A stretch of DNA of 63,872 nt, the filler included, from Reclinomonas americana ATCC 50394 (lineage: Eukaryota): assembly GCA_048213135.1 (NCBI GenBank). It is 8 parts of 8 records of this genome, joined end to end, with 100 filler letters (N's around TTAATTAATTAA, not from the genome) between each part and the next. Parts side by side here need not be neighbours in the genome. Positions count along the whole stretch, not along the records: positions 1 to 27,036 come from AFZH01020241.1; 7 more parts are not named here. The stretch is one strand, 5' to 3'. This document shows positions 1-12,994 of this stretch, piece after piece. The position numbers and the translations under genes are program-made. The notes below the pieces were generated by a model, which was not told where the DNA came from, searched no databases, and saw only the letters and a list, made by a program, of their open reading frames with translations. The first letter of the stretch is position 1. Each line of letters opens with the position of its first letter.

Positions 1-288
1 GATCGCCTTCATTGCTGGCCACCCGTGTCCACTGCGCCACGCCACCAAACACGCCGATCAACATCCTGGACGCTGCCGTCATGGCGGCCGACGGCTCAAG
101 ACATACGCACAACCCGTTTGTGTCGATTGACGCATTAGCGGCGGTGCTCGGCCAGCGCTCGTGAAGCATACGACGGCAGGCCTCCACCTGAGAAAAAGAA
201 CTACACACACCTCTGTTTAATATATAACGAGTGTACACAACATCGGAGTCTTTTTTGATCTTCGTCGTCACCGATGTCATCGTAGTCG

Positions 289-3200
289 TCAGTTGTCCAC
301 TCCCTCGTCTTCCTCCTGATCATCATCGTCGTCGTCGTCGTCGCTGAGCACGATAAAGTCTTCGAGGTCAGCGTACGTGTCGACTCCCACCGCCATGCCA
401 CGTGCCGCATCCTCACGCAGCACCCGGTCAATGTACGCGTTCCGACTGCGTGCCAACGACAGCGACTGCTTCCGTTGTGCGACACGGCGTCGCTTCCGTG
501 GTCTCTCATCATCGTCGCCATCGTTGTCTTCTTCCACTTCCTCCTCTCCCTCCTCTTCCTCTTCATCGGTCTCCGAAGCCGACGCACTGTCCTCATCCAC
601 GTCCTCACCATCGAGACGCACAACCCTCTTCCGCTCGCCGCCCACACACAGCGTCTGCAGTGAGGCGTTGTCTTCCAGCGCACTCAGCATTCGCGACAAG
701 GACTGTGGCACACGATCACCGAGAGCCTGCCGCCACCTTGTCACCACACGCTGCACCTGCAGACACAGACGCTGCGCCGTGACGATGAGCTGCCGAATGC
801 GACCAGCGACTCCCGCAGCAGCAGCAGCACGCTGCCGATGTCGCACACGCAACGCCTTGCTGCTCGTGTCAGCGTCTGGGAATCGCGCTGCAACCCATTG
901 GGCGAGCCACTTGACAAGACCCGCCACTGGAGTCATGCACTGGAGCCACACACGCACTTGTGGCACACGCTCCGATCGCGGTGCGGAGCGCAGCTGACTG
1001 CGCGCCAGACCAAAGAGCCGGCCACCGAACCGTGCAACTCGTGCGGCACTCGAAGCATCAGCCAGACCCGCGCGCAACACGCGTCGCATACGTGTCACGC
1101 ACCACTGCACCTCTCGTGAGTCGCCGCAGTCGCCAGCATGTTGTACCAAGCGATCCAGACACAGTACGGCAAGCGGGACGCGACAGCGCGCACTCACAGA
1201 ACAACCAGTGGTGACAGTCACCACCTCCCCACCCTTGTCCTCCTCCTCTTCCTCCTCTTCATCCTCCTCATCATCATCCTCCTCCTCGTCTGCGTGTCCA
1301 TCACCGTTCCCACCAACTGGGTCACCTTCCATCATCATCATCATCTCCAGCGGTGGCATCATCATCATCATCATCATTGGCGGCGCAGGCACCGGAACCA
1401 TCGCTACATCACCATTTTGCACTTGTGGCCTCTCCTCCACACTTCGCTCTTCGTCGTCGAGCCCACGACCACGACCACCGCACACCGCCACCACCATGGT
1501 CTCCAACACACTCCTCCGCAATGCACGGTCGTCAGCAGCGAGTGCATACAGACAACCGTACGCAGCCGTCAGCACCGAGGGTGGAGCGTCACCACCAAAC
1601 TGCTGGCAAAAGTGCCACAAGACGTCAGCCGGCAACTGCAGAGCGTCACGACACTGCGTCCAGGTGCTGCTTTGTGCCATCAGCGACAGCGCCTGCGTGT
1701 ACAAGACAAAGACGCGCGGCCGTGTGCTGCGTGCGACCTCGTGGTGCAGACACCAGGTGACGGCGCACAAGACCTGCTTGGAGGCAGTCGATTGTGTGGT
1801 ACCTGCGGCCGCCAGAATCACCTCTGCGCGTGCCTGCGATCTGCGCACTTATCAGTCAACGAGACGAAAACGGTGTTTCCCTATTGCATTCCAACGCAAC
1901 TCCTCGTTCTCCATGGTTTGTGACGTGCTGCGGCACTCGGCAAACGGAAGCGGCAACGAGTTGTCTCCCGCCTCGCGCAGCGCCAGTGGCGGTGCAGCAC
2001 CAGTGGATGAACGGAGTCGAGCGCACAGCGCCTGTAACAGGAACTCGCGCAAGTTTTCCATGTCGGCATTCTGTGCATTGGTGGCGGCGGCGGTAGCTGC
2101 GGCCGTGTCACTGCCGCTACGCAAGAACGGCGGCAACACCACGTATTGTGGCGTCCGCTTCCGAAACACGTTGTGCGACCACTGAAGTGGCACACGCTGT
2201 ATGCAAACAAAACACCCTCCGAGCGTCAGTCAACAGACATCATTGTGTTGTCCCGCCACGCACACGTCACCTGCCACACGGCCGCCGACTCCAGACAAAG
2301 TGCACGCACCAACACACCAGTCAGGCTCCAGATGCTGATGTGCGGATCAGAGGCCTGACAGCGAAGGAACTCCACGAGGCAGCCGAGTGCGACTGGCGGT
2401 GGAACCTGCTGGCGAAGTGCATCCACCAGCATGCCCCACATGTAGCGAACAGTGGCCGCACTCTGTTGCACCATCTGCCGCATGGCACCGTTCATGTCGA
2501 TCTCGGCAACACCATCCACCATCGGCAGCACGTCGGCGAACTTGTTGACCTTCCACAACTCGGCCACGAGCGCAAAGAGGCTCGTCAACGACGGAATCCA
2601 CTCGTTCCGCGGCAGTGCCTCGTCCGACTCCACCACGCCCACAATCAGTGCACAGAGCGTATGCTGCAGCAGGCACAAACGGGTGGCGGTGCGGATGCTC
2701 GGAAAGAGCGGGTCGGTGGAAAACAGGGTGGCCGCTAGACGACTGGGCGACGAGAACAGTGCACGCAGATCGTCGATCCATGCACGCGCTCCTGCGGCAC
2801 GACCATTTGTTCAGCAACGACGGCCAAGTGACTGTGATTGCGGAGACAACGCAACTGTGTGACTCGTCCGCCAGTGAGTATTGCAACGCAGTGCCGACCA
2901 GGAGCGGAAGCGATTCGACAAGAGTCACCGCTGGCCACGACGTGTGAGTGATTCGCGCGACACATTCGACAGCACACCATGCATACACAAACACAACACC
3001 TCCTCGATTCGTGCAGTGGAAACACTTGTCGAGGTCGAGGATGCGAATGCCCTCGTCGCCAGTGGCATCCACAGTGAACAGGGCCTCGATACGCTGGCCG
3101 AGCCACTCGGCGGCAATGCGACGCCAGCGAGAGTGCGCCTCATCCTTTTCCTCGGTTCCACGTCTCTGTAGGCATTGAGCGAGTCCAGTGTACACTTGCC

Positions 3201-5046
3201 GGCGAACCGACGCACTGAGCATGCGGTCGCCAAGACGTGTGACGGTGACTAGCATGCGCGCTTCGTCGTCGGCGCTTGGTAAGCAGCGCGACTCCACAAG
3301 AGCGAGAAACCCAGCAATGCCCAGCAGCCAGCCAGCCTCGACAGCACCCTCCAAATGCTTGCGCAGGTAAAGCACCAACGAATCCTGCACGGAGAGCAAC
3401 GACAGTTGTGTTGAGCGCAAGCGACCAATACACTGCGATGAGCGATCCACTTCACCAGCGAGGATCGGGAGAGCCAATACAGTGGCATGACGGTGCGCAA
3501 GATTTGCACCGCAAGCGCGGGCTGGAGGTGGTGCAGGTAGGTGACCCTGACATGCGCAGAAGAGAGATTAGATGCGGGACACGTCATGAAAATTGGAGGG
3601 GCAAAGGCGACGCACCAGTCATGAATTGTGGCCGCGTGATCGGCCAACAGTGGACCACACCTCTCAAACAGTTCAGCGAGGATGCGGAGGAAGTGCTGCT
3701 GTGTCGCCTCGTGTGGATCCTCAAACAGCGTGGAGAAACACATGCCGAGTATACCGTGAGCAGTCGACGGCAACATCTCAACAACCTGCTGCCAGTCAGA
3801 CGGACGACCCCCACACATTGTGGCCAGGAGGTGAGGCTCACGTAACTTGAGATGCCATGTAGACGCTGATGATTGCGAGCGAGGGGACCGTGGCGGCAGC
3901 TGCCACTTGCTCGTCTTGCTGCTGCACGGCCACATTCGTCAAGTGGGTGACAAAGTCCAGAACCACAGCTCCGCGCTCGAGCCGACACAGATCGGCCACA
4001 AGCCGATCAGTCGCCGCCTGCCAGACCAATGGACATGGTCATATTCACCATCCTCGCGACTGCAGGCTATTGAGTCACGCAGGAGACGAAACTCTTACAG
4101 CAGCCGCAGTCGAGATGTCAGAAGTGCCGTCGACGACAGCCGATGATGATGATGAGGATGACGACGAGGACGCATTTGGAAGTGCGTCTGCCGCGTGATC
4201 GCTCCGCACCTCCATGCAGGCTCGTTGAAACAGCGTGCAGGTGACAGAAAACGCCTGCACACAATCATATGAGTGTCATGTTCACCTTGTGCTGATGTGT
4301 TTCGTTTCACATGTGGTAAAAAACACACACACCTGCTCCCGTTGCACTTCGAAGCGTGGTGACAGGTACAACAACATTGTGGCCAGCAGGAGAAACGATC
4401 CACCACTTCCATCGCCTTGTGCTTCCGGCGTCTCCTCCTCTCCTTCTTCACTCTTGTCGCTGGAGGCACAATGACTGGCGAAACGCAGCAACGCATCGAC
4501 AACCGCCGGCTGATCGGCCACATCCATCTCCAAGAGAGCCAGAGCACCGGCACGCTCAGACACCTCCACCCGCCCCAGAATACACCACAGTAGGTTCAAC
4601 CAGGGAGCGACGCGACTGTCTGCGTCATCATCACTCGCCTCGTCCAACAACGACAGTACGCAGTGTACGCATGCCCGTGCAAGGGCACAGCAGACGGCGC
4701 CGTCGTCGATCGGCTGACGACGAAAGGTCGACAGGCAACGGAACAGCGCCTGCACAACACGTGAGACAACGTCGACCAACAGCGTAGCAAAACGACGCAC
4801 CGCGCTATGCTCACGACTCAATGCTGGCTGATCGTCAAACACCTCGACCAATGCCGCGATCAGCGGCAGAAAAAACGGCGAATGGCACACCGACGACGAC
4901 GACGACGACGACAGCAGCCGCGACAGGAACGGTGAGGTGGATCCGTCGGCATCGGATGTACACAACACGAGTGGTACCACGAGATCGCAGACCTGCGAGG
5001 CACCACCAGCTGCTGCCGTGTCAGGGATGCAGAAGGGGCCAACACA

Positions 5047-5079
<33 letters not shown>

Positions 5080-5488
5080 CTGTGACCCCGGCATCGACCA
5101 GATGCAGTGCCGTCCACAACGCAGCCTCCACACTCGCGACGAACGCCGTCGACGACGACAATGACGACGACAACGAGGCGGTATGCTTCTGGCTCGCCTC
5201 AAACAGCTGCATGTGCAGCTCCGACACCAGAGCGAACGCCAGTCGACCTGCGCAATGCAATCAGCGCCTTGCATTCTCTCCTCTCACCTCTCTCTCACAC
5301 ACACACTCACCCGACACCGCGCCCGTGGCCACATCGCACACTGCATGCGACAACACCGCAGACTCGCGCACACTCGACGGCCACTCACGAAACACTGCAC
5401 GAATGCGTTGTCGCACGGCACTCTCACTGTCATCATCGCCGCCACTCTGCAGCGCCGCCTGCAGACAAGCCTCCGCGTCGATCGACAT
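289..5488 (-). CDS. FANCI: FANCI-like alpha-solenoid DNA-repair protein, multi-exon
   Basis: ATG at 5488 and frame-consistent GT-AG introns. The spliced peptides 'VMPLYWLSRSSL|DSLVLYLRKHLE...LLGIAGFLALV', 'SVRRQVYTGL' and 'LDLDKC...TLVESLPLLV' resemble my recollection of FANCI blocks ([22 protein letters not shown]...AVAGFLLL; VRLMLYEG; LQEPLDYLL) in the same order. The acidic C-terminal tail ends at TGA 289-291. Confidence 0.62.
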
Positions 5489-5570
5489 GTGGTGTGTGAA
5501 TGTGTGCGTCGATCACTCCGGCGGGACGATCGAATCCCGCCCGTCTGTGCCTTCGCCTGTCACCTTTCCC
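5489..5570. promoter_or_regulatory. 82-bp divergent (bidirectional) promoter region with a GGCGGGA-N8-TCCCGCC dyad
   Basis: Lies between head-to-head ATGs at 5488 (-) and 5571 (+). Perfect 7-bp inverted repeat at 5520-5526 / 5535-5541. Confidence 0.5.
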
Positions 5571-7887
5571 ATGGATGGCGATGGCGAGGACGATGCCGTG
5601 GCACTGCTGACGTCCTCCGACGCGGAGGCTGTCGCGCGGCACCGTCAAACACTGCTCTTCCGCACTCCGGTGCGCTGGTCAGTGGTGTACGCGGTGGTGC
5701 TGAGTGCGCTCGTGCTGCTCTTGTGCGCGCTGCCGGCACTGGTGGTCTTTGTGGCTCCGTTGCCGCCACTGGTGGGTGGCGCGGGCGGGGAGGAGAGAAC
5801 ACTGAGCGAGTTGTTGAGTCCGGCTCTGTCGGTGTTGCTGGTCACTGTGCCGCCACTGCTGTTGATTGCGCTGGTGGTGGCGCATGTGCCGGTGGCCTAT
5901 GAGGGTGAGAAGAGGAGAGGGGGTCGTTGTGAAAGCACAGCGTTGCTATTTTTTCCTTGTGCTCACCCCGTTGTTGTTGTTGTCGCAGTGCACACGGACT
6001 CGGTGCGTGTATGTACGGTGGCGTGTCCACGTGGAGAGCGTACCAGCTTGTTCACCTCTGTCACCAAGGTTCTACGACTGTGTATGTTGATTGATATCAA
6101 CAACGCCTGCTGACTGATGCTGCATCACAGATTGGCATCGAGCATTTGTCGGAGGTGGCCATGGCGAGCTTCCCGAATTACACTGCAGCTCTGACATTCC
6201 GGCCCATGTCGTGGTTGTCACGACTGGCGCTCCTCATATGTCGTCTGCATCCGTCGTCACTGGCTGCGTTCCCGGAGAAGCACGCGGTGCTGCTGCGCAG
6301 TTCGCAAGGCGGCTGCTGTCTGTTCAGCAGCGGCAGCACCCGTGTGACTGTGACACCGCAAGGTGTGCGCGACTTTTTGCGAGCCATTGAGCTGTCGATG
6401 CATTGGTATCAGGCGCGTGTGGCGGTGCTCCATGCTGCCGCTCCGTCGCTGTTGTTGGAGGAGCGTGCGGGCACGGCGCGTCGCGTTCTCGGCGAGATCG
6501 GCGCCCTACTGGTCTACACAGATGGCGTGTTTCCGCGCGAGGACGAGACCGGTGCTGCGCACCAGGCGTTTGTGCAGCAGGTGGCGCACTTGTCGGCGGC
6601 ACGCTACCGGCAGCAAATGGCTGGAGCGGAGGGTGATCAGCCGCAGGCCGGACAGCGCAGCATGGTGCTGTACCGGTGTCGGCGGTGTCACGAGTATTGC
6701 ACGGCCGAGGGTGTCAGCGAGGGGACGGCGCTGGCCAGCGGAGGCGGTCGTGATCCGGCGGCGGCGGCGGTGGCAGACGAGTGCCGCTTCCACCCGGGCA
6801 CCTTTCATGGCATCTCTCTCCGAGCGCAGCAGATTGGGTGGACGTGCTGCACGGGCAGTGTCCGCGAGGATCCCGGTTGTGTCATTTCGCGACATGAACC
6901 CGACCTCGGGTCGGGTGTGGTGCACGTCATCACCGACGGCCCGATGGCGGCCGGCAAGGGCGTGGGCAAGCTGCCGCCACCGTCACCATCACCACCGCCA
7001 GCAGCGAGCGACGGCGAAGGTGGAGACGACGAGACTGTGACACGACAGGTGGGCACCGACCTTGTGGCCGAGCGCAACCGTATCCTGCGGGAACGACGAG
7101 AGGCACTTCTCGCGTTGGAGAGCGGCTTGCAGCACAAACGGGGCACGCGAGTGATTGAGCACAATGTCAGCGAATTCGACACTCTGTCGGGAATCGCGCT
7201 CAAGTTGCGGGTCGTCGCGAGTGCGTTCTTGCCTCGTGTGTGCATCATGCTGATTTCTCTCTCTCTCTCTCTTTCTTTTGCAGATATGGCGTGACGGTAG
7301 GACTCGCGTAGAATGCAGTGTGTTTCTCGTCTCTGTGGCTGACGAATGCGTGCACACAGGAAATGGAGATCCTGAAGGAGAACTCGCTGTTGGGCACACC
7401 GGGGGCGATTCTCGGCTTCAAGACCATCCGCATTCCCTTCCAGGCCGAGGACGCGACGCCCATCGACAACCCGCTGGAGCTGGACGAGGAGGCCAAGACA
7501 GCTCGAGCCATTGGCGAATTCTGTCGTTGCGTCGACTGCAACCGTGCTACCCGTAACTCGCAGCGCGAAGCACTCATTCATCATGTTGTGCAGGCATGAC
7601 GGGATGCAGTCGCAACGAGGCCTTGTATTACCTCGAATCACGCGACTTTTGTGTCCGAGAAGGTGAGCTGCCTACCAGCTCTGGCTCCACGCAAACCACT
7701 CACAGTTGCCGCGTTGTCGTTGTGTATAGCACTGCGCGACTGGAAACGCGACGCAGAATGGGAGGAGCGACAACTGCAACCCGCCTCCTCCACCGCCTCG
7801 CGCTTCATGCGTCGACCACATCCACCAGCACCACGTCGTGTCGATCACCGACCACTTGCACTCTCGGCTGCCTCCATCAATGGCTGA
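5571..7887 (+). CDS. Protein with two N-terminal hydrophobic segments, a Cys/His Zn-binding motif, a LysM domain and a C-terminal UBA-like domain
   Basis: Exon peptides: 'WSVVYAVVLSALVLLLCALPALVVF' and 'ALSVLLVTVPPLLLIALVV' (TM-like); 'CRRC...CRFHPG...WTCC...GC...H'; LysM 'HNVSEFDTLSGIALK|YGVT|EMEILKENSL'; UBA-like 'FCRMTGCSRNEALYYLESRDFCVREALRDW'. Stop at 7885-7887. Confidence 0.75.
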
Positions 7888-8004
7888 ACAGCAGGAGAAG
7901 GGCAGAATGTATAGAAACTACCAGTACTACTAACTCACCGCATTCGGCAGTGGACAAGGGTTGTCCTCGGAGTAAACAGCACACACACAAGGTGACGCAC
8001 AGCG

Positions 8005-11000
8005 ATGCGTGCGGCGCGCTCCCGTGGACTGTCGGCGGGCGAGGATGCTGCGCGCACGAGCTTGCTAGACTCGGCGGACGACAGTGGTGCAGGCGTGATT
8101 AGTGACTCCTCGTCGCATGCACCAGCAACTGCCACAGGCACTGCTGTGCCTCCGCTGCCCACGGACTTTACACTCGACAGTGACGAGGCCGCTGCAGCCA
8201 TTGCAGAGAAGCTGGTGTGTGTGTGCATGCATGCGCACTCGCTCCTTGTTCTCTCTCACACTCTCTTCTCTCTCTGTGTGTGTGCATCTCTCTCTCTTTC
8301 CGCGTGGCAAAGACGCGACCGGAGCAGCTGGTGGGAGTGCTGAGCGAGGACGACACGCGCATTCGCATGTTCAAGTGCATTATTCGCAACATGCAGTACC
8401 GCAACTTGCGGGAGACCATGACGCCCTACATTCGCTTCATTCTCGGTGGCAACTACCAGGTGGTTGACAAGCGCCACTTGTTGCGTCATAGTCTCTGTCT
8501 TTTGTTTGTCGCGCGCGCGCGCACTTGTCTCATGCATTTGCATGCATGCATGCAGGGGTGGCAAGATTGAGATCAGTGGCAAACGCGGCCCCACGTTCCG
8601 CTCCAAGCGACTCAAGAGTCAAATGTCGGGTGGTGCCGGTGAGCGGGGGTTCGAGAAGCATCCGCCCTGTTTGTTGTTCAGCTCTCACATTGTTGTGCAG
8701 GTACCTTCCCCGGTCAGCTGACGCGTTACTGGCAAGGGTCGTACGTGGATCTGGAGTCGCAGGATCTGGTCATTGAGGCGTGGCACTTCCGCTGGCTCTG
8801 CAAGAACGTGCGCAAGGGCGAGGCGCGTCTGCGACTCGTCGACATTGCGCAGGCAGACATGCGGCAGTCGGTGGACATAAAGGGCGGCGCCGATTCCAAG
8901 TCCGGGGCCTATATCCTTTGTGCATCGTACACAAGCGCGCTTCGTTTCTCCTCTGTGGGTTGTGTTCTGCGTTGTCCTTGACTGCTGCTTGTTGCGATAC
9001 CGACGGCAATGCGGCTGGACTTTGAGATCCTCTTCCAGGAGATGCACCAGTTTCAACTCAGCTTCGACGACTGGACCGGGCGCGACATTGTGGCCGTCAA
9101 CAAGGACACGTCTGGGTGCGTTATTTTGCATGCGCTTTTTCTCCCACTTGTGTATCATGATCTGACGGGAGTAATGCAGTGCGTCAGCGACCTCCGATCC
9201 TTTCGTGCATGTTTCGATGCAAAAGGACTGGCGCAAGTGGCGCAAGCGCGGCGGACTGGTGGGTCGTGAATTCCAGTCGCACCGCGTGGATCAAACAACG
9301 TTGCGCAGTCAACATGTGGATGCACTCGACGAAGCACGTAACTCACCTTCTCACGTGCGCTCAGCACCCCCGTGTGGGACCACTTGGGCTTGCTCACGTA
9401 CTACGGAACCTTGTCAGAGATGGAGAACGAGGACTTGCAGGTGGTCGTGTACGACTGGGACGCCATGGAGAACACCAAGATTGGCGAGCGCCTGCTGCCG
9501 CTGCGCGGTGTGGTGGACACGCAGATGCTGCAGTGCCGCCTCGGTACGTATCCTTTCCGCGCGAACTGCACTCTCCACGACGTGACGCATGTGAACTGCA
9601 TTTGCAGTGTACAAGTCGCACCGTCGTTCGAGCCAGGGCGGCGTGCTGTTCGGCAGCGTCAACCTGGTCACCTGTCCGCGGTACATGCAGTCGGGTGATT
9701 TTTGTTGCGTCTCACTGCATCACCTCTCCGTGTGTTTGTGCGTGCGCCTCACTGCTGCCACAGACACGCTCAAGCCCTGGCACATGTACCTAGCGGTGCA
9801 CATTCAGTCGTGCCAGAACCTGAAGGCCATGGACGAGTCGCTGTACTCGGACGCGTTTGTCGTTGTGCGCTACGATGGCATGTCGTTCCGCACCAAGGTT
9901 TGTCCGCGGCGCGTCGTGTCGGTGCTTGCACAACTCGCAGTCTCCACATCTGACCTGCATGCACAGACCGTGTACGAAGACCTCAATCCACGATTCGACT
10001 ACTACGTATACTTGCCGGTCATGTTTGTGGACTACAGCGCCGATGAGTTCCGTCAAAAGGGCCGCATCGCCATAGAGGTGTTTGACGAAGACAGGGACGG
10101 CAACGATTTCCTTGGCTCGTGTTCGCTCTGTTGCGTGCACGTCCCCTCCTCCTTCATCGTTGTTGAGCTTCTCGCCCATTTTTTCTCTCGTTGTGCTGCA
10201 CAGCCGTGAGTGAGATTCTGCACTCGGCCAAGGTCGGGTACACGGAGCGACCAGGCGAGACCACCCGCATGTTCCAGGGCACTCTGCCGCTGCAGAATGC
10301 CTTCTTTGCCAACGTGGACCAGAAAGTGACCCTGGAGGCGTATTTCATCCCAGGTTCTCGCCTTTCCTTCGCTTCACAGAGGAGGTGCCTGCTCTTCTCA
10401 CCTCGTGTCACACGAATGCAGATCTCGGACCCAAAGTCCTGTTTGAGGAGGACCCAGAACCAGTGTTCGACCCGGAGGCGCCGGTGCCGAGTGCCATTAT
10501 CAAGCGCCAGAAAGTGTGGCATGAAGAGATCAAGAAACACGGCGTTGTTGCGTGCTTGGTTCGTTGACGACACAGCGTGAGTCACTGCGAGTGACTTTTG
10601 TGGATGCAGACACGCAACTTCCCCGTGACTCGAGTGGACGAGAAGCTGAAGCAGCGATTCCTGCCGTCGTATGTGCAGGCACCCGAGTATCCCATGCCTC
10701 GAGGTACGCCAACGAGCACTCTCTTCATTGTTCACTCCCACTCGCATTCCCATGCTCGCGTGGCAGACGTTCGCAACGAGCGAATCATTGCACGCATGAT
10801 CGCACTCATGACGTGGGACTCGGATGAGTCGATCTACCAGGGTCACAGCGACATTTGGACAACACCCGAGTACTTTCAGAGCATCGGGAAGGGAGACTCT
10901 GAGGACCATGCCATTCTTATGGTGCGCCATTTGTGACGAGAAAAAGGAGAGGGAGAGAGAGTGGGCAGAGGAGTGGTTATTCACCGACCACGCGCACAGT

Positions 11001-12992
11001 GCAACTTGCTGTTGGGCCTCGAAAAGTACAAGCGCACCGAGGCGTATCTCTGTCTCGGCGCACTGCCCGACGGTCGCGAGCACACGTGGGTGATGACGCG
11101 CGAGCCCGACGGCTCAGTGGTGTTCTGGGAGACCACGTCGGGGCGGCAGTATCAAGTTGCGACTGCAATCATCACTTTTCCAGTCGTCGTCGTCGCCTTG
11201 CCGTCTCTCACTCGTCTACTGGTAGTTGCCGCAACGCTGGGAGGGACGGCGCGAAGACGAAGCCGAGGACGGCTATAATGCGAGTATCCCGACGGAGGCG
11301 GAGCTGGCGGCGGAGGGCATGGTCTCCATTGCGTGCGATCGCGTCGACGGTGCCTTTGCCAAAATCTGACACATGATCTCCCCTGATAGGTACGCGACGA
11401 AGACATGGTCGTGGTGCCTGGCGACACGTTTATCGACGTGCGCGACGTGCTCTTTGACCAGCTGGTGGAGGATGACCTCATGTTTGGACGGTACGCTACT
11501 CCGTTTCTTCCATACTCGGCTCATCCACTCACTGTGTTTTTCTCTTGTGTATACGTGCACAGTCTGTCGGCTCGCCCGACCTCCAATCTCATGCAAAAGG
11601 TGTTCGACAGCGAGGTGCTCGACACGGCGGTGATGGAGGACGCTGGACCTGCAGCGTTGACCCCGATCGCGCTGCCGTACTCGCGCATCGATGTGGTCTT
11701 CAACAGTACCAACTTGTGGGCCAATGTGCAGGATCCGCGTCCAGGAGTTGCGTGGTGTGCATGATGCGCGCGTGTTTGCCGTCCTATGTACCAACACATG
11801 TCACGTGCTACAGTTTGTCAAGTACGATTTTGATGATGTTGCGCGCTGGGTGCCCTTCGTGTCGGACAGTCCCGAGCATGTGCGTCCTTGTCGCTGTGGT
11901 TGTCCACGCTGTGTGCCATCCTCCCTCTCTCACTCCGCCACCCCCCGCCAGAGTTCTCTCCGACACCATCTGGTGTCCTTCTATCGCGAGGTGCCGCTGC
12001 AACCCCGACTTGCCGTCTATCGACTGCACAAGATGGAGGAGGTGGTGCTGAAGGAGCTGCAGTGTTGCGTGCAGCTTGCTCGCGTACTCCATTTGCTTCC
12101 GTCCTCTCGCTGACTCGTACCGGTGCTGCAGTGTCATACTTTGTGTGGCGTAACAAGAACCACATGGATACGAAAGTGGTGAAGGAGCTGCGACGTGTTC
12201 TCCGACACGGTCTGCGCATCATGGAACGCATGACGGTACGTACGGCAGCATGTGCGACCCTGCACACTTTGCGTCTTCTCACACCAGTGTTCTCTGTAGG
12301 TGGTGACTCCCTCGGAACTTGAGGCTCCAAAGAAGCGCCTAGCTGAGCTGCAGGAGAAGCTCAAGGGGCTTTTGGAGGACGCCAAAGTGGAGAATTCACC
12401 CGACGGACCCAGTGCGATTACGCGCACGGAGATTGAGCGGGTCACGAAAGAAATCAAGGATCTCCGTCTGCAGATTATGGACTGGGGTGCGTGCTGCATC
12501 CACCCCGGCTGTGCATCTGACGGTGATGCTCACCGTGACGCTCTCCCACACAGACCTCGACGCGTGGAAGGGCATGCTGCAAGAGGCTGTTCCGCCGGGA
12601 CAAGACTTTATCGGTCGGCCCTTCTGCTTCGCCTACCACGACGAAATCCGCATCCGCAAGGTTCGTGCCCGTTGCTCAAGAGAAGATCTCTAGTGGATCC
12701 ATTCATTCACCTCTCTCCGATCCCCCATCACAGTACATTATGAAGAGCTTCCCAGTTCACGAGGAGACTGACAAGGACGTGCAGTTCGCATTCAGCACCT
12801 ATGTTGAAGGCTACAGGAACCAAACTGTGGCTGTGTGGGTCTACGTGGCTCGCATGAAGCCGGTGCCACCTGGCCAAGGTACGTTGCTGCGTGTGTGCTT
12901 GCGTACGTGCCACACGAGCATGCTGACCACCGCACCATTTCGCAGAGATCGAGGTGGACAAGACGCTGGACGACCTGGCTCCAAGTCTATGA
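8005..12992 (+). CDS. Multi-C2-domain protein with a CEP76/CC2D2A(MKS6)-type transglutaminase-like domain (centriole/cilium-related family)
   Basis: C2 motifs: 'PYIRFILG', 'TSDPFVHV', 'LQVVVYDWDAMENTKIG', 'CQNLKAMDESLYSDAFVVV...IEVFDEDRDGNDFLG'. TG-like region: 'DIWTTPEYF..GKGDSEDHAILM|CNLLLG...EHTWVMT...FWETTSG' and 'LPYSRIDVVFNSTNLWANVQ'. Last exon 'EIEVDKTLDDLAPSL*' ends at TGA 12990-12992. Confidence 0.8.
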
Positions 12993-12994
12993 TC

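Noticed and set aside
3..164. Open frame ending at TGA 162-164 as the 3' end of an upstream gene
   Set aside because: Plausible, but it is too short and has no recognisable motif.
1138..2185. Long plus-strand ORFs opposite FANCI-like exons (and similar antisense ORFs elsewhere)
   Set aside because: These are shadow ORFs expected in GC-rich coding DNA, with no motif or splice support.
8471..8555. Apparent GC or CC donor in the second intron of the C2 gene
   Set aside because: An in-phase GT donor (TT|GTTGCGT at 8480) gives a normal 76-nt intron.
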